Of a DNA stretch of 64,000 bases, positions 20,195 through 30,791 are shown piece by piece. A model generated the notes under the pieces. It saw only the letters and a program-made list of their open reading frames with translations, searched no databases and was not told the DNA's origin. Each line of letters opens with the position of its first letter. The stretch's first letter is position 1. Position numbers and translations under genes: made by a program. The stretch comes from an uncultured Verrucomicrobiae bacterium (GTDB lineage: Bacteria; Verrucomicrobiota; Verrucomicrobiia; Chthoniobacterales; UBA10450). The stretch covers positions 480,001 to 544,000 of the forward strand of contig CAWIBO010000005.1 in NCBI GenBank assembly GCA_963834385.1, read 5' to 3'.

Positions 20195-21580
20195 CTACTC
20201 GTGCAGCCGGTCGGGTGGCGGCAGAATCTGGAAGGAATCGTCCGCCATGACCTTTTCCACAAAACCGGTGTCGTATTTGCCGGAGCGAAATTCCGCCGAG
20301 CGCATGATCGCGCTGTGAAAGGCCACCGTCGTTTTGATGCCGGTGATGTAATACTCCTCGAGCGCGCGCCGCATGCGATCAATCGCCGAATCGCGGGTGG
20401 CCCCGATCGTGATCAGCTTGGAGATCATCGAGTCGTAATAAGGCGGGACGACGTAACCGGTGTAGGCATGGGAATCGACCCGGACGCCGCGGCCGCCGGG
20501 CGCGTAATAGAACATGATCTTGCCGGGCGAAGGCTGGAAATTGCGCGTCGGATCCTCGGCATTGATGCGGCACTGGATGGCGTGCAGGCGCGGTTCGGCC
20601 TTTTGCACGTGCGGGGAAAGATGCTCGCCCGCGGCGATGCGGATCTGCTCCTTCACCAGGTCGCAGCCGTAAACCTCCTCGGTCACGGTGTGCTCCACCT
20701 GGATGCGCGTGTTCATTTCCATGAAATAGTAGTGGCCCTCGTTATCGACCAGGAACTCGAGGGTGCCGGCATTCTCGTAGCCCACGCTGTGGGCGAGCTT
20801 GATCGCGGCCGCCCCCATTTTCTTGCGCAGGGCCGGGGTCATGAGCGGCGAAGGACATTCCTCGACCACCTTCTGGTTGCGGCGCTGAATCGAGCAGTCC
20901 CGCTCGCCCAGGTGCACGATGTGCCCGTGCGAATCCGCCACGATCTGGAATTCGATGTGATGGGGATTCACGATCAGCTTCTCGATGTAAACCTCGGGAT
21001 TGCCAAAGGCCTTCCCCGCCTCGGTCCGGGCGGCGTGATATCCCTGGATCAGGCTGCCCTCGTTGTGCGCCGCACGCATCCCCTTGCCGCCGCCGCCGGC
21101 GACCGCCTTGATCATCACCGGGTAACCGATCTTCTTCGCCACCTTGACCGCTTCCGCCTCGCTCTCGACGATGCCGTCGCTTCCCGGGGTAACCGGGACG
21201 CCCGCCTTGCGCGCGCATTCCCGTGCGGAATTCTTGTCGCCCATGGCGGCGATGGCACTCGGCGGCGGCCCGATGAACTTGATGTTGCAGCTCTGGCAGA
21301 CCTCGGCGAAATGCGCGTTTTCGGCCAGGAACCCGTAGCCGGGATGAATGGCATCGACGTCGCCGACCTCGGCCGCGCTGACGATGCGATCGATCTTGAG
21401 GTAGCTCTCCGAGCTCGGCGGCGCCCCGATGCAGATGGCCTCGTCCGCCAGCTGCACGTGGAGCGAATCAACATCTGCTTCCGAATAAACCGCGACCGTG
21501 CGAATCCCGAGTTCCTTGCAGGCGCGAATGACGCGCAGGGCGATTTCGCCGCGGTTGGCGATGAGGATTTTTTCGAACAT
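20195..21580 (-). CDS. accC: Acetyl-CoA carboxylase biotin carboxylase subunit
   Basis: [56 protein letters not shown]. Confidence 0.95.
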   Translation of the reverse strand: MFEKILIANRGEIALRVIRACKELGIRTVAVYSEADVDSLHVQLADEAICIGAPPSSESYLKIDRIVSAAEVGDVDAIHPGYGFLAENAHFAEVCQSCNIKFIGPPPSAIAAMGDKNSARECARKAGVPVTPGSDGIVESEAEAVKVAKKIGYPVMIKAVAGGGGKGMRAAHNEGSLIQGYHAARTEAGKAFGNPEVYIEKLIVNPHHIEFQIVADSHGHIVHLGERDCSIQRRNQKVVEECPSPLMTPALRKKMGAAAIKLAHSVGYENAGTLEFLVDNEGHYYFMEMNTRIQVEHTVTEEVYGCDLVKEQIRIAAGEHLSPHVQKAEPRLHAIQCRINAEDPTRNFQPSPGKIMFYYAPGGRGVRVDSHAYTGYVVPPYYDSMISKLITIGATRDSAIDRMRRALEEYYITGIKTTVAFHSAIMRSAEFRSGKYDTGFVEKVMADDSFQILPPPDRLHE

Positions 21581-21653
21581 CAGCCAGGAAGATTAGAACG
21601 AGAGGGAGGACATTCCGACGACGCACTCACTCATACCATCCTTCATCCCCCGG

Positions 21654-22115
21654 CTATTTGACGCGAAAAAGCACCTGGCCGAATTGCACCGGCTTGCCGT
21701 TCTCGGCCACGATCTCGGCAATGGTGCCGGAGACCTCGGCCTTGATTTCGTTCATGACTTTCATGGCCTCGATGATGCAGACCACGCTTTCCGGATTCAC
21801 GCTCGCGCCGACCTCGATGTAGGAGGGTGATTCCGGCGACGACGCCCGGTAAAAAGTTCCCACCATCGGCGAAACGATGTCCTTGAGTCCGCCCCCGGCC
21901 GCCGGAGCCGGTGAAGCCGGGGAGGCCGCCGCGGGACCGCCCGGTGCAGGAGCCGGGGCCGCCATCGGGGCGGGCGCGGGGGAATACATCATGCCGCCGC
22001 CGTTCTCGTGCCCCTTTTGCAGCTTCAGCTTGAAGCCGTCCTTCTCCATCTCGAAGACCGACAGGTCGTTCTTCTTCATGAGATCGATAACGGCTTTGAT
22101 GTCTTTTAATTCCAA
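21654..22115 (-). CDS. accB: Biotin carboxyl carrier protein
   Basis: SPMVGTFYR, IEAMKVMNEI biotinylation motif, Pro/Ala linker; TTG start assumed. Confidence 0.93.
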   Translation of the reverse strand: MELKDIKAVIDLMKKNDLSVFEMEKDGFKLKLQKGHENGGGMMYSPAPAPMAAPAPAPGGPAAASPASPAPAAGGGLKDIVSPMVGTFYRASSPESPSYIEVGASVNPESVVCIIEAMKVMNEIKAEVSGTIAEIVAENGKPVQFGQVLFRVK

Positions 22116-22167
22116 GGCGCCTCCCTGCGGTCTAGAGGGCCTAGGTAAAGCCGATTCGCGAAGGAGG

Positions 22168-22632
22168 TCAAGCAAACGAATCCGGGGAACGCAGCCTTTC
22201 CTCCCGGAAATCAAAAAGGCGCTGCAACTGCGGGGCAATCACGAGGCGATTGAGAACCGCGCCAAACGCCCAGAACGGCGGGACATACGTCACGAGGTCG
22301 CTCACAACCGTCCGCTCCCCAGGCGCCTCCTCGAAAAAATGCTCATGATGCCAGAGCGCATACGGTCCCACTCTTTGCTCATCGGAAAAATAATGGGGCG
22401 CCCGGACATGCGTGATCTCGGTCAGCCAGGAGACCGGAAACCCGGCCAGGGGCGAGACGGTGTATTGAATCATCATCCCGGGATAAATCGGTCCGGCCAG
22501 TTCCGTGTGGAGGCGAAACTTGAATGAGGGGGGCGTGATCCGCGAGAGATTGGCCGGATTGGAAAAGAAATCCCAGCAGGCGGCCAGCGGCATCGCGACC
22601 ACCTGGCGGCGGCGCAGGGTGTAAATCGGCAT
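22168..22632 (-). CDS. SRPBCC family protein
   Basis: WDFFSNPANLSRITPP, WLTEIT, DEQRVGPYALWHHEH. Confidence 0.85.
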   Translation of the reverse strand: MPIYTLRRRQVVAMPLAACWDFFSNPANLSRITPPSFKFRLHTELAGPIYPGMMIQYTVSPLAGFPVSWLTEITHVRAPHYFSDEQRVGPYALWHHEHFFEEAPGERTVVSDLVTYVPPFWAFGAVLNRLVIAPQLQRLFDFREERLRSPDSFA

Positions 22633-22640
22633 GGTAAACG

Positions 22641-23345
22641 TTACGCCCGGGCCGCCGGCACCGACGCCTTTCCCGCCTCATCCCGGACCACCCGGCCATC
22701 CCGCATCGTGACCTGTCGCTCCGCCGCGGAAGCCACCTCCAGGCTGTGCGTCACCACCAGCAGCGTCGTGCTCCGGTCGGCGGCGATCCCGCGCAGCAGC
22801 TCCATCACGGTCCCGGTCGCTTCACTGTCCAGGTTGCCCGTCGGCTCATCCGCCAGCAACACCCGGGGTTGATGCACCAGCGCGCGCGCAATCGCCACTC
22901 GCTGCTGTTCCCCGCCGCTCAACTGGTGGGGAAAATGCCCGGATCGCCCGGTCAAGCCCACCCGCGCGAGCAACGCCGCCGCCCGTTCCTGGCTTTGCCC
23001 CGCCGCTTCCCCCTGCAACAAAAGCGGGAAAGCCACGTTCTCTTCCACCGTCATGGTCGGAAGCAGATTGAAGAACTGGAAAACCACCCCCAGCCGGCGG
23101 CGCCGGTACTCGGTCAACGCCCGGTCATCCGCCCGGTGCAACGGCACGCCGTCCACCATGATCTCGCCCGTGGTCGGAGTGTCCATCCCGCCGATCAGAT
23201 GCATCAGCGTGCTCTTGCCGCAACCGCTCGGACCGGTCACTGCCACGAACTCCCCCTCACCGATCTCGAGCGAGACATCCTCCACCGCGTGCACCACCCG
23301 TTCCCCCTCGCTATAATGGCGGCTGACATGGCGGAGCGAGATCAT
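22641..23345 (-). CDS. ABC transporter ATP-binding protein (LolD/MacB-like)
   Basis: GPSGCGKST, FQFFNLLP, LSGGEQQRVAIARAL, LADEPTGNLD. Confidence 0.92.
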   Translation of the reverse strand: MISLRHVSRHYSEGERVVHAVEDVSLEIGEGEFVAVTGPSGCGKSTLMHLIGGMDTPTTGEIMVDGVPLHRADDRALTEYRRRRLGVVFQFFNLLPTMTVEENVAFPLLLQGEAAGQSQERAAALLARVGLTGRSGHFPHQLSGGEQQRVAIARALVHQPRVLLADEPTGNLDSEATGTVMELLRGIAADRSTTLLVVTHSLEVASAAERQVTMRDGRVVRDEAGKASVPAARA

Positions 23346-24111
23346 GGACCTTTATCGGCGACTCCCCCGCCCCGCGCAATCCGCCCGGACTTCCGCGTCA
23401 TTGACGAGACCGCCGATTACCTTGTCATCGACAAACCGCCGTTATTGCTGATGCATCCCACGAAACCGGACGGAACCCGGACGCTCTGGGGCGAACTGCG
23501 GCAATTGCTGGCGTTCGAGCTGGAAACGGGCGGCCAGATTTCTCTGGTGAACCGGCTGGACCGTGAGACGAGCGGCCTTGTCCTGGTGGCGAAGAATCCC
23601 GGGGCGGCCCGTCGCTTCGGCCTGATGATGCAGCGACGCCAGATCGAGAAGGAATACTTTGCCGTCGTCTACGGTCTCCCGGAATGGGAAATCAGAACGG
23701 TGGACGCGCCCATCCTGCGACAGGGCGAGCGCACCGGGACGATCATTTATCTGAAACAAATGATCCATCCCGACGGCGCGCCGGCGCTGACGGAGTTCAC
23801 CGTGGAACGCCGCCATCCGGGCGGAACGCCGCCGGTCACCCTGGTGCGCTGCCGGCCGCAGACGGGCCGGACCCACCAGATCCGCGTCCATCTCGCCTCG
23901 CTCGGGCACCCGGTCGTGGGCGATAAAATTTATGGGCCGGACGAGCGCCTCTATTTGCAATTCATCGAGACCGGCTGGACCGACGAGCTGGCCGGGAAAC
24001 TCATCCTGCCGCGCCACGCGCTTCACGCTTCGCGTCTTGCGCCTCGAAACCGGCGAGACATGGGAGAGTCCGCTCCCGGATGATCTGGGCGCGCTCCTCG
24101 CCGGCGGGTGA
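23328..24111 (+). CDS. RluA family pseudouridine synthase (+1 indel near 24040)
   Basis: VIDKP, NRLDRETSG, TGRTHQIRVH, HPVVGDKIYG, RHALHA; repaired tail WESPLPDDL; start uncertain. Confidence 0.85.
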
Positions 24112-24112
24112 G

Positions 24113-24757
24113 TTATTCGACCTCGATGTCGGCAAACCGGATGGTCTTGCCGCCGAACTGGTGTGACGTGGAAAGAGTCAGCCCGCCGTGCTCCTCATAT
24201 TTTTCCCAGGAGCCATGCACGGTCTTGTCGGGCGACGGGAGATAATCCCAGGCGCGCGGGAGTTTCGACGTCGGATCAAGGTAGAAGACATATTTGTCGC
24301 CCGGGGTGAGGCCGACCTGCGCAAAGCTGAGCTGCAGCGCTTCGGCCGGGCCGCCGGCGATTTCCTTTGTCCCGAGATGCTCCAGGGTCACGCCGCGATC
24401 GAGCACCTTGAGCGGCGCCAGGAGCCAGTAGGAATCGTTGACCCAGCGGGCATACGCCGCCGTGGCTTCCTCCCCGTCGCCCGGGTCGGCCAGATTCACC
24501 GTCACATCCTTGTCCTTCCAGACGACACGATCCGTTTGACCCGCCACGTCCCAGTCGTGCCGGACCCGCGCCAGTTCCTTCCCCTGGTCCTCCACGATGA
24601 AGGTGAAACGCAGACGCTTCACCTTCGCCCAGTTTTCGCCGCCGCTCGCCTGCCAGAGTTCCTTCGCCAGGCTCCGGGCCTTTTCCTCCGTGGCGAACGC
24701 CGTTTCCGGCAGCAGGAAAGCGAGCGCGACAACGGCCAAAAGAGAGCGGGGACTCAT
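24113..24757 (-). CDS. Exported hypothetical protein
   Basis: Signal peptide ending AFA; ASGGENW..V..LRFTF, WVNDSYWLLAPLK. Confidence 0.7.
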   Translation of the reverse strand: MSPRSLLAVVALAFLLPETAFATEEKARSLAKELWQASGGENWAKVKRLRFTFIVEDQGKELARVRHDWDVAGQTDRVVWKDKDVTVNLADPGDGEEATAAYARWVNDSYWLLAPLKVLDRGVTLEHLGTKEIAGGPAEALQLSFAQVGLTPGDKYVFYLDPTSKLPRAWDYLPSPDKTVHGSWEKYEEHGGLTLSTSHQFGGKTIRFADIEVE

Positions 24758-24827
24758 GCCCACGACCGTCCGCGTGGTCGGACGCGATTGCAATTCAATC
24801 CCGCCTTCCTATCGTAGCACGCCACTG

Positions 24828-25433
24828 ATGAAACGATCCCTCCTGACCCTCCTTTTCCTTGTCTTCGCGCTGTCCGCCCGTGCCGGGATCGAGAGCCGTT
24901 TCTACAGCCAGGCCAGCGCGCCCTTCGACGCTCCTGACTTCGAGATGGCGGCGGAAACGGCCTACCTTATGGGCATCATCGGCAACCCGAACAGCTACGA
25001 GATGGGCGCCACCTTCGTGACCGCGCGCTGGCGCCTCGGGCTCAACACCAGCGACGGCTGGCTTCGGGGTTACAACCAGGTTTACCTGCTCGGCATGGTC
25101 GAGCCGATCTTTCGCGGCCCCGAAAACATCTATGCCGGGCTTTCCACCGGCTTTCGCTACAACTTCGTCCAGCCCGGCTGGAAGGTGGTCCCCTACATAT
25201 CCGGCGGCGCCGGCCTCGGCTACATCGACAGCCGCCCGCAGGTGCGCGGCGCGCAGGGCCAGGATTTCACCTTCAACATCCTGACCGCTGCCGGCGTTTC
25301 CTACCAGGTGAATGACCGGTTGAAGATTACCGCCGGCATTCTTTACCAGCATTTGTCGAACGCCGGGCAGACCTCGCCCAACCCGAGCCTCAACCTGCTC
25401 GGGCCGCAGATCGGCCTCACCTGGTCCTTCTAG
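24828..25433 (+). CDS. Acyloxyacyl hydrolase / lipid A 3-O-deacylase (PagL-like beta-barrel)
   Basis: Signal peptide; GQDFTF, YQHLSNAG...NPSLN catalytic HxSN motif; C-terminal Phe. Confidence 0.8.
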   Translation: MKRSLLTLLFLVFALSARAGIESRFYSQASAPFDAPDFEMAAETAYLMGIIGNPNSYEMGATFVTARWRLGLNTSDGWLRGYNQVYLLGMVEPIFRGPENIYAGLSTGFRYNFVQPGWKVVPYISGGAGLGYIDSRPQVRGAQGQDFTFNILTAAGVSYQVNDRLKITAGILYQHLSNAGQTSPNPSLNLLGPQIGLTWSF

Positions 25434-25443
25434 CAGGCTTCCC

Positions 25444-26061
25444 ATGGGCGCTCCGGAGGAAAATGTGCTCGTGGTGCGCCGCAGTCTGTTCGATGAGCTG
25501 GGCGCTTTCCACGGCCTGAACTTCGAGCCCGGGCCCTACCTCGACGCCATCCTGCGGCGCGGGAACAATTTCTTCATGCCGCGCGCGCAGGCGGAGAACG
25601 ATCCGACCCACAAACAGATTATCCCCTACGCTCTCATCGCGCACGAGGGGCGCGTCCTGCATTACGTCCGCGGGAAGAAAGCGGGGGAACAGCGCCTGGT
25701 GGCCAAGGGATCGATCGGCATTGGCGGTCACATGAACGACACCGACGAATCGCTCTTTGCCTGGGACGAGGAAGCCTACCGCGCCGGAGTGGAACGGGAG
25801 GTGAACGAGGAGATCACGATCACCGGCGGGTTTCAGGACCGGATCGTGGCCCTGTTAAACGACGACACCACCGAGGTCGGCCGGGTGCATCTCGGGATCG
25901 TGCACGTCTTCCGCCTGGCGGAGCCGCGGGTGGAAAAGCGCGAGGCCATGATCACCAACGTGGGCTTCAAGACCCCGGCCGAGCTGGCGGGCCTGCGCGA
26001 GAACCTGGAAACGTGGTCCCAGATTTGTGTCGATCATCTCGACCGCCTTCTCGCAGAATAG
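25444..26061 (+). CDS. NUDIX-family phosphoesterase
   Basis: AENDPTHKQIIPY, SIGIGGH, EREVNEE, VGRVHLG, LETWS. Confidence 0.8.
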   Translation: MGAPEENVLVVRRSLFDELGAFHGLNFEPGPYLDAILRRGNNFFMPRAQAENDPTHKQIIPYALIAHEGRVLHYVRGKKAGEQRLVAKGSIGIGGHMNDTDESLFAWDEEAYRAGVEREVNEEITITGGFQDRIVALLNDDTTEVGRVHLGIVHVFRLAEPRVEKREAMITNVGFKTPAELAGLRENLETWSQICVDHLDRLLAE

Positions 26062-26068
26062 CCGCCGC

Positions 26069-26581
26069 GTGACCCTGGCCGACCCTTCCACCCTCAACAC
26101 CATGGTCGGCAATCCCTTTGCCGTCCTTTCCCTGATAGCCGCGCCCGCGGTGCTGACCAATGCCAGCTCGGTCCTGGCCTTGAGCACGAGCAACCGGTTC
26201 CTGCGCGCGGCGGAACGGATCCGCGCGGTCTCGGAAAAACTGGAACGGTGCCGCACACCGGAGGAGAAACAGATGCTCCTCAAGCAGGTGGAACGCATCG
26301 AGAAACAGGCGGTGCTGCTGCTGCGGGCTTTGCGCGGGGTTTACGTTTCGCTCGGCGCCTTCGCCGGCGCCAGTCTCATCTCCATCGTCGGCGCGGCCCT
26401 GCCCGCCACCCCGCTCGGACGGTATGAAGCGGTCGTGGTCGCGGTCGCGCTGGTGGTCGGCGTCATCGGCGCCTTCGGGCTGATCTCGGCCTGTCTCAAT
26501 CTCTTTCACGCCACCCGGCTTTCCATGACCAACATTTCCGAGGAAGCCGCGCTGATCCGGGAGCGGGAGTCGGCCGCCTGA
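26069..26581 (+). CDS. DUF2721-like membrane protein
   Basis: LIAAPAVLTNA...STSNRF..A.ER; three hydrophobic helices. Confidence 0.7.
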   Translation: MTLADPSTLNTMVGNPFAVLSLIAAPAVLTNASSVLALSTSNRFLRAAERIRAVSEKLERCRTPEEKQMLLKQVERIEKQAVLLLRALRGVYVSLGAFAGASLISIVGAALPATPLGRYEAVVVAVALVVGVIGAFGLISACLNLFHATRLSMTNISEEAALIRERESAA

Positions 26582-27351
26582 TGCTGCGGCGCCTCACGGA
26601 CGCGGACGAAAGGCTGAACAGCTTTCGTTATTACAACCTGCTCGTCCCGATCTTTGTCGCGATCCTGCTCATCTCGAATCTGGTCGCGGGAAAAATCTGC
26701 GCAATCCCCCTCGGCACCTGGGGCGGGCGCGAGATCGTGGCCAACATCAGCGGGGCGCAGCTTCTTTTTCCCCTCACCTACATCTTTGGCGACATCTTTA
26801 CGGAGGTCTACGGCTATGGCGCCTCGCGTCGCGCCATCTGGCTCGGTTTCTTTTCCTCGACCATCCTCGTCGGGATGAGTCTGTTCGTCGTCTGGGTGCC
26901 GCCGGCCCCCGACTGGCCGCATCAGCACGCCTTCGAAGTCGTTTTTGGGATGGTTCCCCGCATCATCGTGGCCAGCCTCGCAGCCTACTGGCTGGGAGAA
27001 TTCGCCAACTCCTTTGTCCTCGCCAAGATGAAGATCTGGACAAACGGACGCTGGCTCTGGACCCGCACCATCGGCTCCACCGCGGTCGGCCAGTTCGTCG
27101 ACACCGCGGTCGTCATCCTCATCATTTTTGCCGGGACCACCTCCTGGAGCACGATGTTGAACCTGATCGTTTCCGGTTACGTGGGAAAGGTGCTCTATGA
27201 AACCGCGGCCACGCCGGTCACCTACCTGGTGGTGAACCGGCTCAAGCGCGCGGAGGGAGTCGATGTTTACGATCGCGAGACCGACTTCAATCCCTTCGCC
27301 CGGAACAAGGCGCCCGCTGGCGCGGCCCCGCCGGCTCCTAGCGCCGGTTGA
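26581..27351 (+). CDS. Queuosine precursor transporter (VUT/YhhQ family)
   Basis: SNLVAGK, FPLTYIFGDIFTEVYG, ASLAAY, RTIGSTAVGQFVDT. Confidence 0.88.
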   Translation: MLRRLTDADERLNSFRYYNLLVPIFVAILLISNLVAGKICAIPLGTWGGREIVANISGAQLLFPLTYIFGDIFTEVYGYGASRRAIWLGFFSSTILVGMSLFVVWVPPAPDWPHQHAFEVVFGMVPRIIVASLAAYWLGEFANSFVLAKMKIWTNGRWLWTRTIGSTAVGQFVDTAVVILIIFAGTTSWSTMLNLIVSGYVGKVLYETAATPVTYLVVNRLKRAEGVDVYDRETDFNPFARNKAPAGAAPPAPSAG

Positions 27352-28444
27352 GCCGGACGAAAAGCCAGAGGCCGAGCGCGATAAAAATGACGTTCGGCGC
27401 CCAGACCAGCAGTTCCGGACGCAGGGTCGGCTGGGAACGCAGGGCGTCCGCCAGGATGATGAAAAGGAAATAGGCGATGGCGATGACCAGGCCAAGGGCG
27501 AAGCCGATGGAGGTTTCGCGCCGGTGGGCCCGGATGCCGAGGGGGACGGCCACGAGGGCAAAGGCGATGCAGGAGAAGGGAAAGGAAAAGCGCTTGTTGA
27601 TCTCAGTGCGGCTGGCGCTGCGCTCGAATTTGTCCCCGGTGCGCTGCCGGGAAACGAGCTGCTCGAGCGAGAGGGCGGAGCGATTGGTGCGTCTCTTGGC
27701 CTTGAGATAAAGGTCCTCGAGGCTGATCGGCATGGTCCCTTCGGCCATGCTGATGCCGTCGCGAATCTTCCGCAGGTTGTAGGGGTCCTGCGGGTCCCGC
27801 TGCTGGTAACGTGCGTTGTAGAGCTTCATCAGGATCTGCTGGTTGGCCAGGTCGGTCTCCAGGCTGCCGCTCCGGGCAAAGATGACCCGCATCGGCAGGG
27901 CCCGGTCGTCCACCTCGAAGACCGTGATGTTTTCAAGCCGGTTTCCCTCCTTCTTGCCCACGTAGATTTTTCGGCCCGGAAAATCCTCGATGATCTGGTC
28001 ACTCCCGAAAAGCGCCATCGGGTCGCGCGTGGCCAGGTCGAAAATGGCGGCGCGCAAACGTTGCTGCGCCGCCGGGGCGACCTGGACGTTGAGCCAGAGA
28101 CAAAGGGCGGTGGCTCCCACGGCGATGACCGCGAGAGGAAGGCAGATGCGGAGAATGCTGACGCCGTTGCTGCGCCAGGCCACCAGCTCGTTGTCGGCCG
28201 AGAGGCGGCCAAAGACGAGCAGGGTCGCGGTGAGCAATCCCCACGGGATGGTGAAGATGAGCGAGAACGGCAGGATGTAGGCGACAAAGGTGAGGATGTA
28301 CTGCGCCGGGACGTCGTGGTTCACCAGCAGGGGCAGAAGCTTGCGAAAAATATTCCCGACCACCAGGACGAGGCTCAGGGCGAAGATCGCGAACAGGATG
28401 TTCACGAGCAGCTCGCGCGTCAGGAACCGGTCGATCAGCTTCAC
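27338..28444 (-). CDS. LPS export permease LptF/LptG family
   Basis: IDRFL.RE, FGRLSADNEL.A...G, LVAVPLG, WAPN. Confidence 0.88.
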   Translation of the reverse strand: MKLIDRFLTRELLVNILFAIFALSLVLVVGNIFRKLLPLLVNHDVPAQYILTFVAYILPFSLIFTIPWGLLTATLLVFGRLSADNELVAWRSNGVSILRICLPLAVIAVGATALCLWLNVQVAPAAQQRLRAAIFDLATRDPMALFGSDQIIEDFPGRKIYVGKKEGNRLENITVFEVDDRALPMRVIFARSGSLETDLANQQILMKLYNARYQQRDPQDPYNLRKIRDGISMAEGTMPISLEDLYLKAKRRTNRSALSLEQLVSRQRTGDKFERSASRTEINKRFSFPFSCIAFALVAVPLGIRAHRRETSIGFALGLVIAIAYFLFIILADALRSQPTLRPELLVWAPNVIFIALGLWLFVRLNRR

Positions 28445-28532
28445 CGCGAACGTTTACGACTCTTCCGTCATCCCGACAAGAGGCCGGAATGAGCGATTGC
28501 GCGGAAAAGCGAGGAGCCTGACTTTGCAGGGA

Positions 28533-29429
28533 ATGACCACAACCTGGCAGAAAGTGACCGTGATCACGCTTGGCGCCGCCATTCTCGGCGGTTCCCTTTA
28601 TTTGGTCCGGCAGATTTACCGCCAGGAATTCGGGTGGGGCCGGGGCCCCGCCGCCGTGCCCCAGCGCAAATGGGTGCATCCCAACGTGGCCCGGCTGGAG
28701 GAGGCGCGGAAACTGGTCGAGGAGGAAAAGCTGGCCGAGGCGCGCGACCTGATCACCCGGGCGCTCACCGTCTGGCCGGAATCGCCCGTGACGACCGGCC
28801 TGCGCGATCTCCTCGGCGAGATCAACACCCGTCTTTTCTTCTCGAAAACGCCGACCGTTCGCAAAACGGAGTATGTCGTGAGGCGGGGCGACGCCCTCGG
28901 GCGCATTGCCCGCCGTCTGCAATCGAGCACCGACCTGATCATGCGGACCAACGAGATGACCAGCACGCTCCTCCGGCCGGGCGACCAGCTCCTTGTTCCC
29001 AGCATCGATTTCACCATCACGGTGGATCTACCGCGGGAACGGATCGTCGTGCACGACAGCCGCGGTTTCTTCACGCAGTATCCCATCGTCATGGCGGAGC
29101 TGCCGCCTTCGCGGCGTTCCAGGCAGGAAACGCGGGTGCGGGCGCGCAGTTACTGGAAGGAGGGCGAACGGGTCCGCCCGCGCCCGGGCAATCCGCAGGC
29201 GGCGGCCACCTGGATCCACCTCGGCAACGCCGCCTACACTCTTTATGGCGTGGACGAGGCGGATGTTCCCGGCGAGGTGGAAATCCGCATCGCCGAGGCG
29301 GGCGACACCCCGGCGGAGGAAGAACAACGCCCGCGCACCGGGATCGCCCTGCGCCTCGCCGATATCGAGGAGCTGAGTCTCCTCATCAAGCGCGGCACGC
29401 CCGTGACCATCATCCGCGAGGACGAATAG
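28533..29429 (+). CDS. LysM plus YkuD-like domain protein (catalytic His/Cys apparently absent)
   Basis: N-terminal TM; YVVRRGDALGRIA...LRPGDQLLVP LysM; YkuD-like tail DIEEL...RGTPVTI. Confidence 0.75.
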   Translation: MTTTWQKVTVITLGAAILGGSLYLVRQIYRQEFGWGRGPAAVPQRKWVHPNVARLEEARKLVEEEKLAEARDLITRALTVWPESPVTTGLRDLLGEINTRLFFSKTPTVRKTEYVVRRGDALGRIARRLQSSTDLIMRTNEMTSTLLRPGDQLLVPSIDFTITVDLPRERIVVHDSRGFFTQYPIVMAELPPSRRSRQETRVRARSYWKEGERVRPRPGNPQAAATWIHLGNAAYTLYGVDEADVPGEVEIRIAEAGDTPAEEEQRPRTGIALRLADIEELSLLIKRGTPVTIIREDE

Positions 29430-29470
29430 CCCCGTTTTGCTTCCCCGCCGGATTCGGTAAGCTGTCGCCG

Positions 29471-30787
29471 ATGGAACCAGGCAACTACGACGTCGCAATC
29501 ATTGGCGGCGGCCCGGCCGGAAGCACCGCGGCCACCATCCTGGCCCGCGCCGGCCGGCGCGTCGTGGTCCTCGAGCGCGACCGGTTCCCCCGGTTTCACA
29601 TCGGCGAATCGCTTCTTCCTTTCAGCATGCAGACCTTCACCCGCCTCGGCCTGCATGAAAAATTCCGTGCCGCCGGGTTCCTGGAAAAGTTCGGGGGCGA
29701 GATGTGCGGCGCCTGCTCGCCGGAATCCGTGAAGTTCTATTTCGAGGAAGGGTTCAGGGCGCGGACCGATCGCTCCTATCAGGTCACGCGGGCTGATTTC
29801 GACAAGATCCTGCTTGATCATGCCGCTGACAGCGGCGCGGAGGTCCGGGAGGAGACCGCGGTGGAACAAATCGCCTTCACAGAACAGAGCGTCCGCCTGG
29901 TCGTGCGCTCCCGGGCCGGCGAAGCGGAAGAAATCGCCTCCTCCTACGTGATCGACGCCAGCGGGCGCAACTCGGTCGTGGGCAATCATTTTTCGCTGCG
30001 CCGCAATTACACCGACCTGCAAAAGCTCTCGGTCTTTGCCCATTACGACGGCGTCTGGCGCGAATCAGGCCGCGACGGGACCCTGACGCGCATGGTCCGG
30101 GGCGACGACCGCTGGTTCTGGATGATCCCGTTGTCGCCGGAACGGATGAGCATCGGCGTGGTCCTCGATGCCGGCGTCTACAAGGCCGGCGGCCAAAGCC
30201 CGGAGGAGTTCCTCGAAGGGGCCATGGCGGCGCAACCGCTCATTGCCGACCGGATGCGGACGGCCCGGCGCGTGTCGCCCGTCCGGGTGGCGGCCGATTT
30301 CTCCTATCGTTGCGAGAAACTGGCGGGCGAACGCTGGCTTCTCGCCGGCGATGCCGCCGGCTTCATCGACCCGGTCTTCAGCAGCGGTGTTTTCCTCGCC
30401 GTGATGGCGGGGGAAAAAGCGGCCGACGCTCTGGTCGCCGTGCTGGAACGACCCGGCCGACGTAAACGCCTTTTCCGGGAATACGAACGCGTGCTTCACC
30501 GCGCCATGGACGTTTATCTCCGCTTCGTTAAGTCGTGGTATACCAAGGAGTTTATCGAGGTTTTCCTTAATCCGCGGGATTTCCTGCAGCTGCCGCCGGC
30601 GGTGAACGCCGTGCTCGCCGGCAATCTCGGGACCAGCTTTGCCATCCGCTGGCGCATGTGGATTTTCTATGGACTGGTCCGCCTGCAAAAGCATTTCGCG
30701 CTTTCACCCCGTCGCACTCTCGTCCCGGGCGCCCCGGCGCCGGCGCCGACCCCGCCGCAGCGCGAACCGGCCGAAGTCGCCGCTTAG
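29471..30787 (+). CDS. Flavin-dependent halogenase-like FAD oxidoreductase
   Basis: IGGGPAG, FPRFHIGESLLP, GFLEKFG (conserved Lys), WFWMIP (WxWxIP), GDAAGFIDPVFSSG. Confidence 0.85.
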   Translation: MEPGNYDVAIIGGGPAGSTAATILARAGRRVVVLERDRFPRFHIGESLLPFSMQTFTRLGLHEKFRAAGFLEKFGGEMCGACSPESVKFYFEEGFRARTDRSYQVTRADFDKILLDHAADSGAEVREETAVEQIAFTEQSVRLVVRSRAGEAEEIASSYVIDASGRNSVVGNHFSLRRNYTDLQKLSVFAHYDGVWRESGRDGTLTRMVRGDDRWFWMIPLSPERMSIGVVLDAGVYKAGGQSPEEFLEGAMAAQPLIADRMRTARRVSPVRVAADFSYRCEKLAGERWLLAGDAAGFIDPVFSSGVFLAVMAGEKAADALVAVLERPGRRKRLFREYERVLHRAMDVYLRFVKSWYTKEFIEVFLNPRDFLQLPPAVNAVLAGNLGTSFAIRWRMWIFYGLVRLQKHFALSPRRTLVPGAPAPAPTPPQREPAEVAA

Positions 30788-30791
30788 AACC

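Noticed and set aside
20178..20200. TPP riboswitch before thiE; preQ1 riboswitch before queA or the VUT transporter
   Set aside because: Intergenic gaps are too short and no consensus elements are visible
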